Shown here: positions 18,493 to 27,521 of the stretch, one piece after another
Position numbering within the stretch: position 1 is the stretch's first letter
Layout of the letters: every line of letters starts with the position of its first letter
Translations under genes and position numbers: made by a program
Notes under the pieces: generated by a model
Told to the model about the DNA's origin: nothing
The model's database searches: none
What the model saw: the letters and a program-made list of their open reading frames with translations, nothing else
NCBI GenBank assembly: GCA_045863395.1
Contig: BTVJ01000011.1
Location: 1 to 64,000 of the forward strand
Source: Myxococcales bacterium
GTDB taxonomy: Bacteria; Myxococcota_A; UBA9042; JABWCM01; BTVJ01
DNA: 64,000 bases
Direction: 5' to 3'

Positions 18493-19719
18493 ATGAGCCA
18501 GAAGCCGAGAGAGCACACCACCGCGTGGTGGGTCGAGACGGGCCGCGCCGCGTTCACCCCGAACTACAGGCAGTATCCGGTCGTGCTGGTGCGGGGCGAG
18601 GGTCCACACGTCTGGGACTCGGACGACCGCCGCTACCTGGACTTCGTCGCGGGCATCGCGGTCAATGTGCTCGGGCACGCGCACCCCATGCTCGTGGACG
18701 CCGTGAGCGACCAGGTGCGGAGCCTGGTGCACTGCTCGAACCTGTACTTCAACGAGCCCGCCATCTGGCTCGCGGACGCCTTGCGGAGCAGGGCCGGCTT
18801 CGACGCGAGGGTCTTCTTCGCGAACAGCGGCGCGGAGGCCAACGAGGCGGCCGTGAAGCTCGCCCGGCGCTACTGGCGCAAGGTGCGGCAGGAGGACCGG
18901 TACGAGGTCGTGACCATGCAGCGCTCCTTCCATGGGCGCACGCTGGGCATGACCGCGGCGACGGGGCAGCCCAAGTACCAGGAGGGCTACGAGCCCTTGA
19001 CGCCAGGGTTCGTCTACGCGGACTTCGGCGATCTGGCCTCCATCGACGCCGCCATCGGCGAGCGCACCGCGGCGGTCATGATTGAGGTGATTCAGGGGGA
19101 AGGCGGCGTCCTCGTGCCCCCCGACGGGTGGTTTGGCGCGCTTCGGGATCTGTGCGATCGCAAGGGGGTCCTCTTGATCCTCGACGAGGTGCAGACAGGC
19201 GTAGGGCGCACCGGGACCTTCTTCGCCTATGAGCAGGAGGGGATCACGCCCGACATCGTCTCTCTGGCAAAGGGCCTCGCCGGTGGGGTCCCCATCGGCG
19301 CCATGATCGCCCGGAGTGACGTGGCGCGGGGCTTCGAGCCTGGCATGCACGCGACCACCTTCGGCGGCAACCCGCTGGCGTGTCGCGCCGGGCGGGCGGT
19401 GCTGGAGGCCATCGAGGCCGAGGGGCTCCTGGACAACTGCCGCGCGATGGGGGAGTATCTGCTGGGCCAACTGCGCGTACTTGCCCAAGGGGCACCCTCC
19501 GTCGCCGACGTCAGGGGGCGGGGTCTGATGATTGGGGTCGAGCTGAAGGGCGTCGATCCGAAGGCGGTCGTCGAGTCCTGTCTGCGGCGGGGGTTGCTCG
19601 TCAATACTGCCGGGACCAGCGTCGTGCGCTTCGTCCCGCCGCTGATCATTGGAAAGGGGCACGTGCGGACGGCCGTCGAGATCCTCGGCGACGCGCTCTC
19701 CGAGGTTGCCGGGGGGTAA
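18493..19719 (+). CDS. argD: Acetylornithine aminotransferase (class III PLP)
   Basis: LDFVAGIAVNVLGH, NSGAEANEAA, SFHGRT, LILDEVQTGVGRTG, SLAKGLAGG and TTFGGNPLA. Confidence 0.9.
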   Translation: MSQKPREHTTAWWVETGRAAFTPNYRQYPVVLVRGEGPHVWDSDDRRYLDFVAGIAVNVLGHAHPMLVDAVSDQVRSLVHCSNLYFNEPAIWLADALRSRAGFDARVFFANSGAEANEAAVKLARRYWRKVRQEDRYEVVTMQRSFHGRTLGMTAATGQPKYQEGYEPLTPGFVYADFGDLASIDAAIGERTAAVMIEVIQGEGGVLVPPDGWFGALRDLCDRKGVLLILDEVQTGVGRTGTFFAYEQEGITPDIVSLAKGLAGGVPIGAMIARSDVARGFEPGMHATTFGGNPLACRAGRAVLEAIEAEGLLDNCRAMGEYLLGQLRVLAQGAPSVADVRGRGLMIGVELKGVDPKAVVESCLRRGLLVNTAGTSVVRFVPPLIIGKGHVRTAVEILGDALSEVAGG

Positions 19720-19784
19720 TGGGGGCGCCAGGTTCTCGGTCCCGTGGCCGCATGGGCCCACGCAGTTGGGAGAACGATTGACGG

Positions 19785-20897
19785 ATGGTGGCTGGGTTGC
19801 GGGAGCCGGACGAGGTCATCGCGACGGGAGCCGACGCGGGCAGCCCCTTGCGCCCGGCGACCCCGACGGCCGGGTCGCAGGTCCGCGAGCTCGCCACCGT
19901 GCGGCTCGGGTGGCGGGAGCGGAGGGCGGAGCTGGCCGCGCGCATCGCCGCACACCGGACCGCCCCGCGCCTTGACCTGCCCGAGGGGATCCCGCCCGAG
20001 CTGAGGGCCCGGCTCCAGCGCATCGACACGCTGCTCTCCATCCTGGCCGGTGAGGCGGAGCCAGGCGACCAACCCCTGCCCGCGGCTCCGGTCGAGGTCT
20101 CCGAGGTCGTTCCCGAGCGGCCGGAGGTGCCCGCGCGCCACGATACGGTCGTGATGGACGCCGCCTCCATCCGCGAGGCGTTCTCCAGCGACCCCGAGAT
20201 GGCCGCGCTGGTTCGTCGCATGGAGGCCGAGGAGGAGCGGCACGACACCATCCTGGAGATGCCGGCCTTCGGCCAGGAGGCGCCTTCGAGGTCGAGCACC
20301 GAGGTGGAGCTCCCGGCGGCGGACATCTCGGACGTGGACACCGAGGAGATCGAGGCCGTCGAAGAGGCCGAGCTCCTCGTCGAGACCGACCACGCCCGCC
20401 CTCCGGCACCACCCGACGTTGCGACCGCTCGAACGGTGCCCAACCAGCCGGCCGTCGAGGAGGAGCCGTTCACCTCCGAGTGGCCGCGCGAGGTGGAGCT
20501 CCTCTATGAGGACGTCCACTGGCTGTTCCAGCTCGGGGACATCGACGGCGCCCTGATCTCCCTGGAGCGCCTGCTCGTGCTCGCCCCCGAGAACGAGGAG
20601 ATCCAGGCCTTCGTGTCTCTCAATGAGCGCAAGCTCATCGAGATCTACCAGTCCGTGCTCGGTGACTGGGACCGGGTCCCGCGCCTGTCCGAGGGGGGGC
20701 TGTCCATGCCGGTCGTCACCAGCACCGGCGACAAGGTGCGGCGCATCCTCAAGCACATCGACGGCGGTCGCTCCATTCGCGAGATCCTCGGGGCGAGCAG
20801 CAGCAACCGCCTGGAGGTCTGCTCCGTTCTGAGCCAGCTCATACGGGCGCGCGTCATCGTGTTCGACGACCAGGTGGTAGCGAGCCGCGGCGCCTGA
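19785..20897 (+). CDS. Hypothetical protein: acidic linker plus a C-terminal TPR-like and winged-helix-like region
   Basis: Long ORF with host-like codon usage. C-terminal LFQLGDIDGALISLERLLVLAPEN (TPR-like) and ILKHIDGGRSIREIL...LSQLIRARVI (wHTH-like). Confidence 0.6.
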   Translation: MVAGLREPDEVIATGADAGSPLRPATPTAGSQVRELATVRLGWRERRAELAARIAAHRTAPRLDLPEGIPPELRARLQRIDTLLSILAGEAEPGDQPLPAAPVEVSEVVPERPEVPARHDTVVMDAASIREAFSSDPEMAALVRRMEAEEERHDTILEMPAFGQEAPSRSSTEVELPAADISDVDTEEIEAVEEAELLVETDHARPPAPPDVATARTVPNQPAVEEEPFTSEWPREVELLYEDVHWLFQLGDIDGALISLERLLVLAPENEEIQAFVSLNERKLIEIYQSVLGDWDRVPRLSEGGLSMPVVTSTGDKVRRILKHIDGGRSIREILGASSSNRLEVCSVLSQLIRARVIVFDDQVVASRGA

Positions 20898-20908
20898 TGC
20901 GCGCCGCG

Positions 20909-22006
20909 CTATCTGCGCTGCCCGTGTCTGCGCCCGTCGCCGCTCATGCCATCCTCCGCGAGACGCTGTACGTGCTCCACGAGGTTGTGCGCGTAGGTCT
21001 CGAAGGGCGGGCACACGAGGCCGTGGCGGCTCAAGACGCGCATCGAGGCGGCGTTGTTGTAGATGACGAGCTGATCGAACTGGTCGATGAACTGGCGGGT
21101 GGCGCGGGAGACGCGCTCGACCCCAGGGACCCGCAGCAGCGCGTGGGCGATCACTCCGGCGAGGGTGCTTCGAGGCGCTCGGCGCCCGGCCCTCTCTGCC
21201 ACGATCTCGAACACCTGGCGCGCGCTGAGGGGGTTCGGGTCCGTCAGATGGAAGGTCTGACCGGCCGCCTCCGGGTCGTTGGCCAGCGCGTGGATGGCGT
21301 CGACCACGTGGTCGATGGGGACCATGTTGAGAGGGTGGTCGCCGCGCCCAGGCAGCGGCAGCCGCAGGTCGAGGGGGAGGCTGATCATCGCCTGGATCAG
21401 CGAGTAGGGGCCGTCGGTGCGATCGATGGCGCCCGTGCGTGTGTCGCCCACCACCAGGCTCGGCCGGACCACCGTGATGGGCAGGACGGGCATGGCAGCG
21501 CGACACAGCCGCTCGGCCGCCAGCTTGGAGTGCTCGAACTCGTTGCGGAAGCGCTGGCCCACGTCCAGGTCGTCTTCCCGGATGACGCCCTGGCGCGTGC
21601 CGCTGACGAACGCCGTGCTCAGGAACACGAAGCGCCGCAGGTCACGCATGCCGGCCGCGACCTCCAGGGCGCTCCGCGTGCCGTCCACGTTGACGTGCCA
21701 CGTCACGTCCCGCGCAGCGCCCAGGTAGCTGATCTCCGCCATGTGGTAGAAGAGCCGGACCTCGCTCAGGACGCGCAGGATCTCGGGGCCGGAGAGGCCC
21801 AGGTCCAGGTCCGTCACGTCGCCGACGAGCACCTCGACCTGCTCCCTCTCCGCCGAGAGGCCGAGGGCGTCCAGGTGGGCCTTCGCCCTGCGGAGGAGCT
21901 TCTCGCGGACCAGCAGGAGGACGTGGTGGTCCTCCTGGAGCAGGCGGCTCAGCATGTGGCGCGCCGCGAACGACGGGTACCCGGTCAGCAGGACGGTGGT
22001 TGTCAC
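20909..22006 (-). CDS. Extended SDR / male-sterility-like NAD(P)-binding protein with degenerate motifs
   Basis: VLLTGYPSF, GDVTDLDLGL, VNVDGT, STAFVSG, FEHSK and RPSLVVGD. The GTG start overlaps the coaE stop. Confidence 0.85.
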   Translation of the reverse strand: MTTTVLLTGYPSFAARHMLSRLLQEDHHVLLLVREKLLRRAKAHLDALGLSAEREQVEVLVGDVTDLDLGLSGPEILRVLSEVRLFYHMAEISYLGAARDVTWHVNVDGTRSALEVAAGMRDLRRFVFLSTAFVSGTRQGVIREDDLDVGQRFRNEFEHSKLAAERLCRAAMPVLPITVVRPSLVVGDTRTGAIDRTDGPYSLIQAMISLPLDLRLPLPGRGDHPLNMVPIDHVVDAIHALANDPEAAGQTFHLTDPNPLSARQVFEIVAERAGRRAPRSTLAGVIAHALLRVPGVERVSRATRQFIDQFDQLVIYNNAASMRVLSRHGLVCPPFETYAHNLVEHVQRLAEDGMSGDGRRHGQRR

Positions 22007-22623
22007 TGGGGGTCCTCCTTCGGAGACGCGCCGGCGAGGAGGGCTCGGAGGAGCGCCTCGACGGCCGCCTCGAGGGCGTCGAGGTCTCCGTCGTTTCGGA
22101 TGAGGTGGTCCGCGCGAGCCTCTTTGGCCGCCAGGGGGAGCTGGGAGGCGACGCGGGCCTGCGCGTCCTCGGGCGTGACGTCTCCGCGGGCGACCAGGCG
22201 CTGAAGCTGGAGCTCCGGGGTGGTCGTGACGACGACCACCGTATCGACGACCCGATCCCACCCGGCCTCCAGCAGCAGCGCGGCCTCCAGAACCACCAGA
22301 GGGTGTTCCTGCATCGCCAGCTCGCGCAGACGCGCCATCGCGGCCGCCTGGATGAGCGGGTGGACGATGGCGTTGAGGCGAGCGAGGGCGACCGGGTTCG
22401 GGAACACCTGCGCCGCGAGGCCCTTGCGGTCCAGCGCGCCGTCGGGGCGGAGGACGGCGGCCCCGAAGGCATCCACGACGGCCTGGAGACCCGGGGTGCC
22501 AGGGGCCACCACGTCCCGCCCGAGCTGGTCGGCGTCGATGACCGGTACTCCCCGCGCGCGCAGCATCGCTGCTACCGTGCTCTTCCCGCAGCCGATGCCG
22601 CCTGTGAGGCCCACCACACGCAT
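22003..22623 (-). CDS. coaE: Dephospho-CoA kinase
   Basis: VGLTGGIGCGKSTV, VIDADQLGRDVV, LDRKGLA and LNAIVHPLI. Confidence 0.96.
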   Translation of the reverse strand: MRVVGLTGGIGCGKSTVAAMLRARGVPVIDADQLGRDVVAPGTPGLQAVVDAFGAAVLRPDGALDRKGLAAQVFPNPVALARLNAIVHPLIQAAAMARLRELAMQEHPLVVLEAALLLEAGWDRVVDTVVVVTTTPELQLQRLVARGDVTPEDAQARVASQLPLAAKEARADHLIRNDGDLDALEAAVEALLRALLAGASPKEDPQ

Positions 22624-22796
22624 GGCGGGAACCTAGCTCGAATTCGGCGCCGCGTCGAGGGCCCTCGTCGGGCCGCTGCGGCTCGTGATGGCGTCTCTGG
22701 CGTGGCATCGGGGGACCTGGGTCGTCGCTGCGAGAGTTGACCTGCCCGGCCGCCCGTGGTACGGCACGCCGCTCGCAATCATGGCAGGAGGCGCGG

Positions 22797-24095
22797 TTGG
22801 TCGACGAGCGGGAGAGGGACGCAGAGATCCCGGCGGTGGAGCGGGAGGGGGCGCTGCTCGTGTGGCAGGTGTTCGGCGCGCCCGGGCTGACGGTGGCGCT
22901 GGTCGGCGCCATGCTGGCCCTGTTGCTCGTTGCCACCCAGGTGCCCCAGGGGGTACCCGCCGCGGACGTCGCTGCCGGCCACTCGTTCAGCGTCGCGCTG
23001 TTCGTGGACGGCTTCGGGCTCTCCCGCGTGGCGACCTCGTGGCCCATGGCGCTGCTCGCCGTGCTCCTCGCCCTGAACCTGGCGGCGCGCTGGCTCCGGC
23101 GGCGGCACGGGGCAGGCCACGGGGGCGCGGAGGCGCTGGCGGGCGAGTCCGGCGAGGTCGCTGCGGCCGACGCGGTCGCCCTCGGGAAGCGGCTCCAGCA
23201 CTGGTTTGGTCCGTCCAGGATCACCGTGCGCCCCGATCGGGTCGAGGCGCGGCGGGGGCTCCTGCGCGAGGGGCTCCTCGCGGTGGTCGTGGGGGGCGCG
23301 ATCCTGGGGGCCGCCGGGCTGCTGCACACCGCGGCTGGGCAGAGCGGTCGCATCATGACCCGCGTGGCCTCGCCGCCCGGCATGGACCCCCGGGAGGTGA
23401 CCCAGGTGCAGGTCAACGCGGGCGCAGCCTGGGAGCCCGGCGGGCCGCGCCTGGAGGTCTCCTGCCAGCGGGCGCCCGATGCGGCAGATGCCTGGGCCTG
23501 CGCCTTCGCGGGCGAGGGGGTCCATGCGACCTCGCTGCTTGCGCCAGGCCAGCCTGCCTGGTTGCCGGGGCTGCGGGTGACACTGGAGAGGGCGGAGCCC
23601 CTGCGCGCGCTGGAGCTGGTCCGGCTTGGCCTGACCAACCCCCTGACGGGCGCCGAGGCGGCTCTGGAGGCCGTCCCGGGGCGGCCCTACGAGGTGACGA
23701 TCACCGCGGCCGGCGGTGACACCGACCTGAGCCTCCGGGCCATTCACGGCGTGGAGGGGCCCGTCGTCGCCGTGGACGCCTCCGATGGCGTGACCGTCGT
23801 CGCGGGGCTCTCTGGGGCGCCGCGGGACCCGCGGTCGGGGTTGCCGGTGACGCTTCGCGGGTTGACCGACGAGCGCCTCGTCCTCCGGTTCGCCACCACC
23901 GAGCACCGGCTGGTCGCCGTCGTGGGGGCGGTGCTCGTCCTGGCCGGGCTCTTGATGATCGCCGCGACTGGCCACCTGGCCGTGGCGGCGTGGGAGGTAG
24001 CGCCCGGGCGCTGGGCGGTCCGCGTGACCTCCCTGGGACCGGATGGGGCGATCCTGCGCGCACTTCAGGGCGCTCCCACCCCAGAGGAGGTGTGA
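22797..24095 (+). CDS. Divergent ResB/CcsB-like membrane protein
   Basis: N-terminal TM helices with GLSRVATSWPMALLAVLLALNL (ResB-like), a large soluble domain and a C-terminal TM. It is coupled to a CcsA-like gene and has an RBS (AGGAGG) before the TTG at 22797. Confidence 0.6.
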   Translation: MVDERERDAEIPAVEREGALLVWQVFGAPGLTVALVGAMLALLLVATQVPQGVPAADVAAGHSFSVALFVDGFGLSRVATSWPMALLAVLLALNLAARWLRRRHGAGHGGAEALAGESGEVAAADAVALGKRLQHWFGPSRITVRPDRVEARRGLLREGLLAVVVGGAILGAAGLLHTAAGQSGRIMTRVASPPGMDPREVTQVQVNAGAAWEPGGPRLEVSCQRAPDAADAWACAFAGEGVHATSLLAPGQPAWLPGLRVTLERAEPLRALELVRLGLTNPLTGAEAALEAVPGRPYEVTITAAGGDTDLSLRAIHGVEGPVVAVDASDGVTVVAGLSGAPRDPRSGLPVTLRGLTDERLVLRFATTEHRLVAVVGAVLVLAGLLMIAATGHLAVAAWEVAPGRWAVRVTSLGPDGAILRALQGAPTPEEV

Positions 24096-25483
24096 TGCTC
24101 GTCACGTCGGGGGTGGTGCTGGCGCTGGCCAGTGTAGTGCTGTTCGCGGCGGCCGTCCCGGCCGGCGTTGCCCGCGCCCCAGGGAGGCGGGGCGCCGGGT
24201 GGCTGGCGCTGATGGCGGCCGCGCCCGCCCAGACCGTGGGGCTCGGGCTGATCCTCGCGGGCGCTGGGCGGCTGCCCGGGCTGTGGCTGGACGGAGCCGC
24301 GCTGGCTGGCTGCGTCGCCGGCTGGGTCGCCGTCGCCGTGTGCGTCCGGGCAGACCGACCCGCCGTGCGCTCTGCTCTCGCCGCGCTCGCGGCCGTGACC
24401 GGGACGCTGTCCGTCGCCGTCGCCGCGGCGCGGACCGACGCTCCCGTCGATCTCCCCTGGGTGGCCCTCCACGTGCCGGTCGCGGTCGCGGCCACCGGCG
24501 TCCTCCTCGCCCTCGGCGCGCTGGCTGCGCGGCGCCTCCACCGCTCCCGGCGTGGGGGTGCCGGGATCGTCGTGGCGGCGCTGTTGGCCGCCACCTTCGT
24601 CAACCGGTTGCCCTGGGGGCCCATGGGGGAGCGGTCCTTCTCCGTTGCCGCGGGCGGCCAGCCGGCGGTGGTCCAGGTGGCCCTCCAGGTGCGGGACGGC
24701 GGGGGGGCCTACACCCGTGAGCTGCCGGTGACCGTCGCCCTCCCCGAGGTGGACGCGGCGCGCGAGATCGTGGCGTGGGCGGCGGCCGCCGCGGCGCTGC
24801 TGGTCGTGATCCACATGGCGGTGCCCGGCTTCGTGTTCCGCGCCGCCGCCGCGGCGGGCGTCGGCGTCGCGTCCCTCGCGCTCCTGGCGCTCCTCGCCAT
24901 GCTCGCCTTCAGGCTCTTGGTCCGGACAGAGGTCTCGGTGAACGAGGGCGAGCTCCTCGCGTGGCTGCAGCACACCGTGCTCCCGCGCCTCGACAGGGCC
25001 GTGGAGGTGCGCGGCGTGCAGCCGCTCGCAGAAGCCGCCACCCTGTCGCTGGCGTCGCACCCCGCCGCCTGGGTGGCCCTCACGGGAGCGGTTGTCCTCG
25101 TGCTCGGCGCCTCGACGACGTGGCTGCGGCGCCAGTTCGGGGTCGTCCCTGAGTCGGAGGACGTCCTCGCGGCGTCGTGGCTCGACCGGACCGCGCTGCG
25201 GCTTGCGCTGTGGGGGCTCCCGCTGCAGGCGGCGACCCTCCTCACGGGAGCCCTCTGGGCGGAGCAGCGCTTCGGGACCCTCGTCCCGGCCGATCCGCGC
25301 GCCGTCGCCTCCCTGGCCGCCCTCGGCACGCTCGGGCTGGCCCTGGTCGCGAGGGCGCTCCTGCCGCACCGCCTCGAGCTGCCGGCCTGGCTCCTCCTCG
25401 CGGCGTCGGTCGTCTGCGCCCTCGGCCTCATCGGGCCCGAGCTGGGGTGGACCCTGCCGTCGATGCACGGGTTCGGCGGGTGA
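24095..25483 (+). CDS. Divergent CcsA/ResC-like cytochrome c assembly membrane protein
   Basis: Polytopic protein with WVALHV, LLTGALWAEQRFG...ADPR (a degenerate WWD region) and C-terminal SMHGF. The ATG overlaps the upstream TGA. Confidence 0.6.
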   Translation: MLVTSGVVLALASVVLFAAAVPAGVARAPGRRGAGWLALMAAAPAQTVGLGLILAGAGRLPGLWLDGAALAGCVAGWVAVAVCVRADRPAVRSALAALAAVTGTLSVAVAAARTDAPVDLPWVALHVPVAVAATGVLLALGALAARRLHRSRRGGAGIVVAALLAATFVNRLPWGPMGERSFSVAAGGQPAVVQVALQVRDGGGAYTRELPVTVALPEVDAAREIVAWAAAAAALLVVIHMAVPGFVFRAAAAAGVGVASLALLALLAMLAFRLLVRTEVSVNEGELLAWLQHTVLPRLDRAVEVRGVQPLAEAATLSLASHPAAWVALTGAVVLVLGASTTWLRRQFGVVPESEDVLAASWLDRTALRLALWGLPLQAATLLTGALWAEQRFGTLVPADPRAVASLAALGTLGLALVARALLPHRLELPAWLLLAASVVCALGLIGPELGWTLPSMHGFGG

Positions 25484-25486
25484 CCT

Positions 25487-25515
25487 TTGACACACCCCGG
25501 TGCAAGTGGTAGACG
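25487..25515 (+). promoter_or_regulatory. Candidate sigmaA promoter of bamD
   Basis: TTGACA-N17-TAGACG with an extended -10 TG, 35 nt upstream of the ATG at 25550. Confidence 0.5.
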
Positions 25516-25549
25516 GAGCGGCTCTTCGCTGAGGGGGCGCCGGGATCCC

Positions 25550-26422
25550 ATGAACCGACTCGCACAGGTGGCCGTGCTCTTTGCGCTTGCGCTGGCGGCG
25601 TGCTCGTCGACGCGCACGATCCGCACGGACTCGATCACCGACAGCGCCCGGGCGGCGTACCTGCAGGGGATCGACTCCCTGGAGAGCGGAAACTACCTGG
25701 ACGCGATCAGCGCGTTCCAGGTCGTCGCGAAGAGCCCGAACTACGTGAAGTGGGCTGCGCTGGCGCGGCTGCGCATCGCCGACTCGCTGTACTTCCAAGA
25801 GAAGTACGCGGAGGCGGTCGAGCAGTACATGGCCTACCTGAACCAGTACCAGGGCGACCTCAACGAGGCCTATGCCCAGTACATGATCGCGAAGTGCTGG
25901 TACCAGCAGATGCCGACCGACTGGTTCCTGACGCCCCCCGCCTACGAGAACGACATCTCGTCGGTCCAGCGCGCGCGGGAGAAGCTCGAGGCCTTCGTGC
26001 GGCTCTACGGGCGCAGCCGGTTCCTCCCCGAGGCGCGGCGCATGCTCGACGACGTGCGCGCCATGCAGTTCGCGCACAGCGACTTCGTGGCGCGGTTCTA
26101 CGAGGACCGCGACAAGCCCGCAGGCGCCCTGGTGCGGCTCCAGCACATGCGCAAGCACTTCCCGGACCTCTTCGACACCGAGGAGAGCTGGATGCGGCTC
26201 GGCAAGGCCAACGTGCAGGTGGGGCGCGCCCAGGATGCGCTCGACGCCTACCGCGCGTACCTGGACCGCTACCCGAGCGGGGAGTACGCGGACACGGCGC
26301 GCCAGAGCGCGAGCCGGTTGGAGCAGGTGATCCGCGAGCGGGGGGCGCCCCCCGAGCTACCAGAACCTTCCGGGACACTCCCGGAGCCCGAGGCCGGGGA
26401 TCCGGCCGAAGAGGCGGAGTGA
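25550..26422 (+). CDS. bamD: Outer membrane protein assembly factor BamD
   Basis: Lipobox LAA-C and TPR repeats in the BamD pattern (ARLRIADSLY, YAQYMIAKCWY, FVARFY). Confidence 0.85.
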   Translation: MNRLAQVAVLFALALAACSSTRTIRTDSITDSARAAYLQGIDSLESGNYLDAISAFQVVAKSPNYVKWAALARLRIADSLYFQEKYAEAVEQYMAYLNQYQGDLNEAYAQYMIAKCWYQQMPTDWFLTPPAYENDISSVQRAREKLEAFVRLYGRSRFLPEARRMLDDVRAMQFAHSDFVARFYEDRDKPAGALVRLQHMRKHFPDLFDTEESWMRLGKANVQVGRAQDALDAYRAYLDRYPSGEYADTARQSASRLEQVIRERGAPPELPEPSGTLPEPEAGDPAEEAE

Positions 26423-26455
26423 TCCGCCACGCGATCCAATCAGGAGGACACTGAG

Positions 26456-26788
26456 ATGGCGCAGAAGACACCGATGGAGAAGGTGAAGGCCCGCTGGGGC
26501 ACGAAGGCAGCGGCGATCGACGCGGTGCTGGCCGTCGTGGGCGACCCCGACGGGCGCACCCGCGCGCGCCTGCGAAACGCGCGCAACGACCAGCTCCTTC
26601 GCCTGTTCGAGGCAGGGCAGGAGGTGCGCAAGCGCTTCGGCTCCCGGGAGGCCCTGGTCGAGGCGATCCTGAAGTTCAAGTTCCCGAAGGGCGACGCGGA
26701 CGAGACCTACCGCGCCAAGGTGGTCGGCTGGGGTGTCCGCCGCCAGCTCGACACCCACGGCCAGCTCGCTCGGAAGGCCGGCGCCTGA
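26456..26788 (+). CDS. Small basic hypothetical protein
   Basis: Strong RBS (AGGAGG). 110 aa, K/R-rich, with an internal two-fold similarity (VKARWGTKAAAIDAVL / VRKRFGSREALVEAIL). Confidence 0.75.
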   Translation: MAQKTPMEKVKARWGTKAAAIDAVLAVVGDPDGRTRARLRNARNDQLLRLFEAGQEVRKRFGSREALVEAILKFKFPKGDADETYRAKVVGWGVRRQLDTHGQLARKAGA

Positions 26789-26875
26789 CCCCACGGGTCG
26801 GTGCGCTGTCTCGTCTCCCCGCCTGATGTGGTGGGGGGGCATCTCATCAAGGACCCCCGCCCTCTGCCCCCCTGC

Positions 26876-26905
26876 CGGGGTTCCCGCCACTCTGCGGGAA
26901 CCCCG
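26876..26905. terminator. Perfect 12-bp stem-loop (probable terminator or attenuator)
   Basis: CGGGGTTCCCGC-cactct-GCGGGAACCCCG. There is no U-tract after it. Confidence 0.5.
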
Positions 26906-26913
26906 AACCCCCC

Positions 26914-26943
26914 TTGCGCGTTTCGAGCCTTTGGGGCCATACT
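26914..26943 (+). promoter_or_regulatory. Candidate sigmaA promoter of cdnL
   Basis: TTGCGC-N18-CATACT upstream of the RBS (AAAGGAG) and the ATG at 26981. Confidence 0.45.
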
Positions 26944-26980
26944 GCTCGCGACCTGGCGCCCGAAAGGAGACGTGGCATTC

Positions 26981-27508
26981 ATGCAGCCTGTTTTCAAGAT
27001 CGGTGACAAGGCGGTGTACCCGGCTCAGGGAGTCACCGAGATCACCGGCATCGAGAGCAAGGAGATCATGGGCAACCAGGAGATCTTCTACGTGCTCCGC
27101 GTGCTCGACACGGACCGCAAGATCATGATCCCCGTCGGTAAGGTCGACCAGGTGGGGCTGCGTGAGGTCATCTCGTCCGACCGCGTGGACGAGATCTACC
27201 AGGTCCTGCGGGAGCGGGCCATCAAGGTCGACCAGACCACCTGGAACCGGCGCTATCGGCGGTACCTGGAGAAGATCAAGACGGGCGCGATCCTCGATGT
27301 CGCCGAGGTGCTGCGCGACCTTTACCTGCTCAAGGTGGAGAAGCCGCTGTCCTTCGGGGAGCGCAAGATGCTGGACACCGCCCGCCAGCTCCTGGTGACG
27401 GAGCTGTCCGTTGCCCGTGGTATGGACGACGGGCTCGTGCTGGCAGAGATCCGCGAGATGTTCGGTGACGAGGACGAGCACCACGAGCCCGTCGACGACG
27501 ACGTCTGA
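26981..27508 (+). CDS. cdnL: CarD/CdnL family RNA polymerase-binding protein
   Basis: FKIGDKAVYPAQGV, IMIPV...VGLREVI, TWNRRYR, AEVLRDL and LSFGERKMLDTA. It lacks the HMGA-like tail of M. xanthus CarD. Confidence 0.93.
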   Translation: MQPVFKIGDKAVYPAQGVTEITGIESKEIMGNQEIFYVLRVLDTDRKIMIPVGKVDQVGLREVISSDRVDEIYQVLRERAIKVDQTTWNRRYRRYLEKIKTGAILDVAEVLRDLYLLKVEKPLSFGERKMLDTARQLLVTELSVARGMDDGLVLAEIREMFGDEDEHHEPVDDDV

Positions 27509-27521
27509 CCCCACTCGCGGC

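Noticed and set aside
20909..23638. 909-aa ORF as one fused protein, and other long N-terminal extensions in the ORF track (hsdR from 1343, rpoN from 12158, xerC from 15057)
   Set aside because: The extensions overlap other clear genes and lack homology. Downstream starts with an RBS or stop-start overlap fit better.
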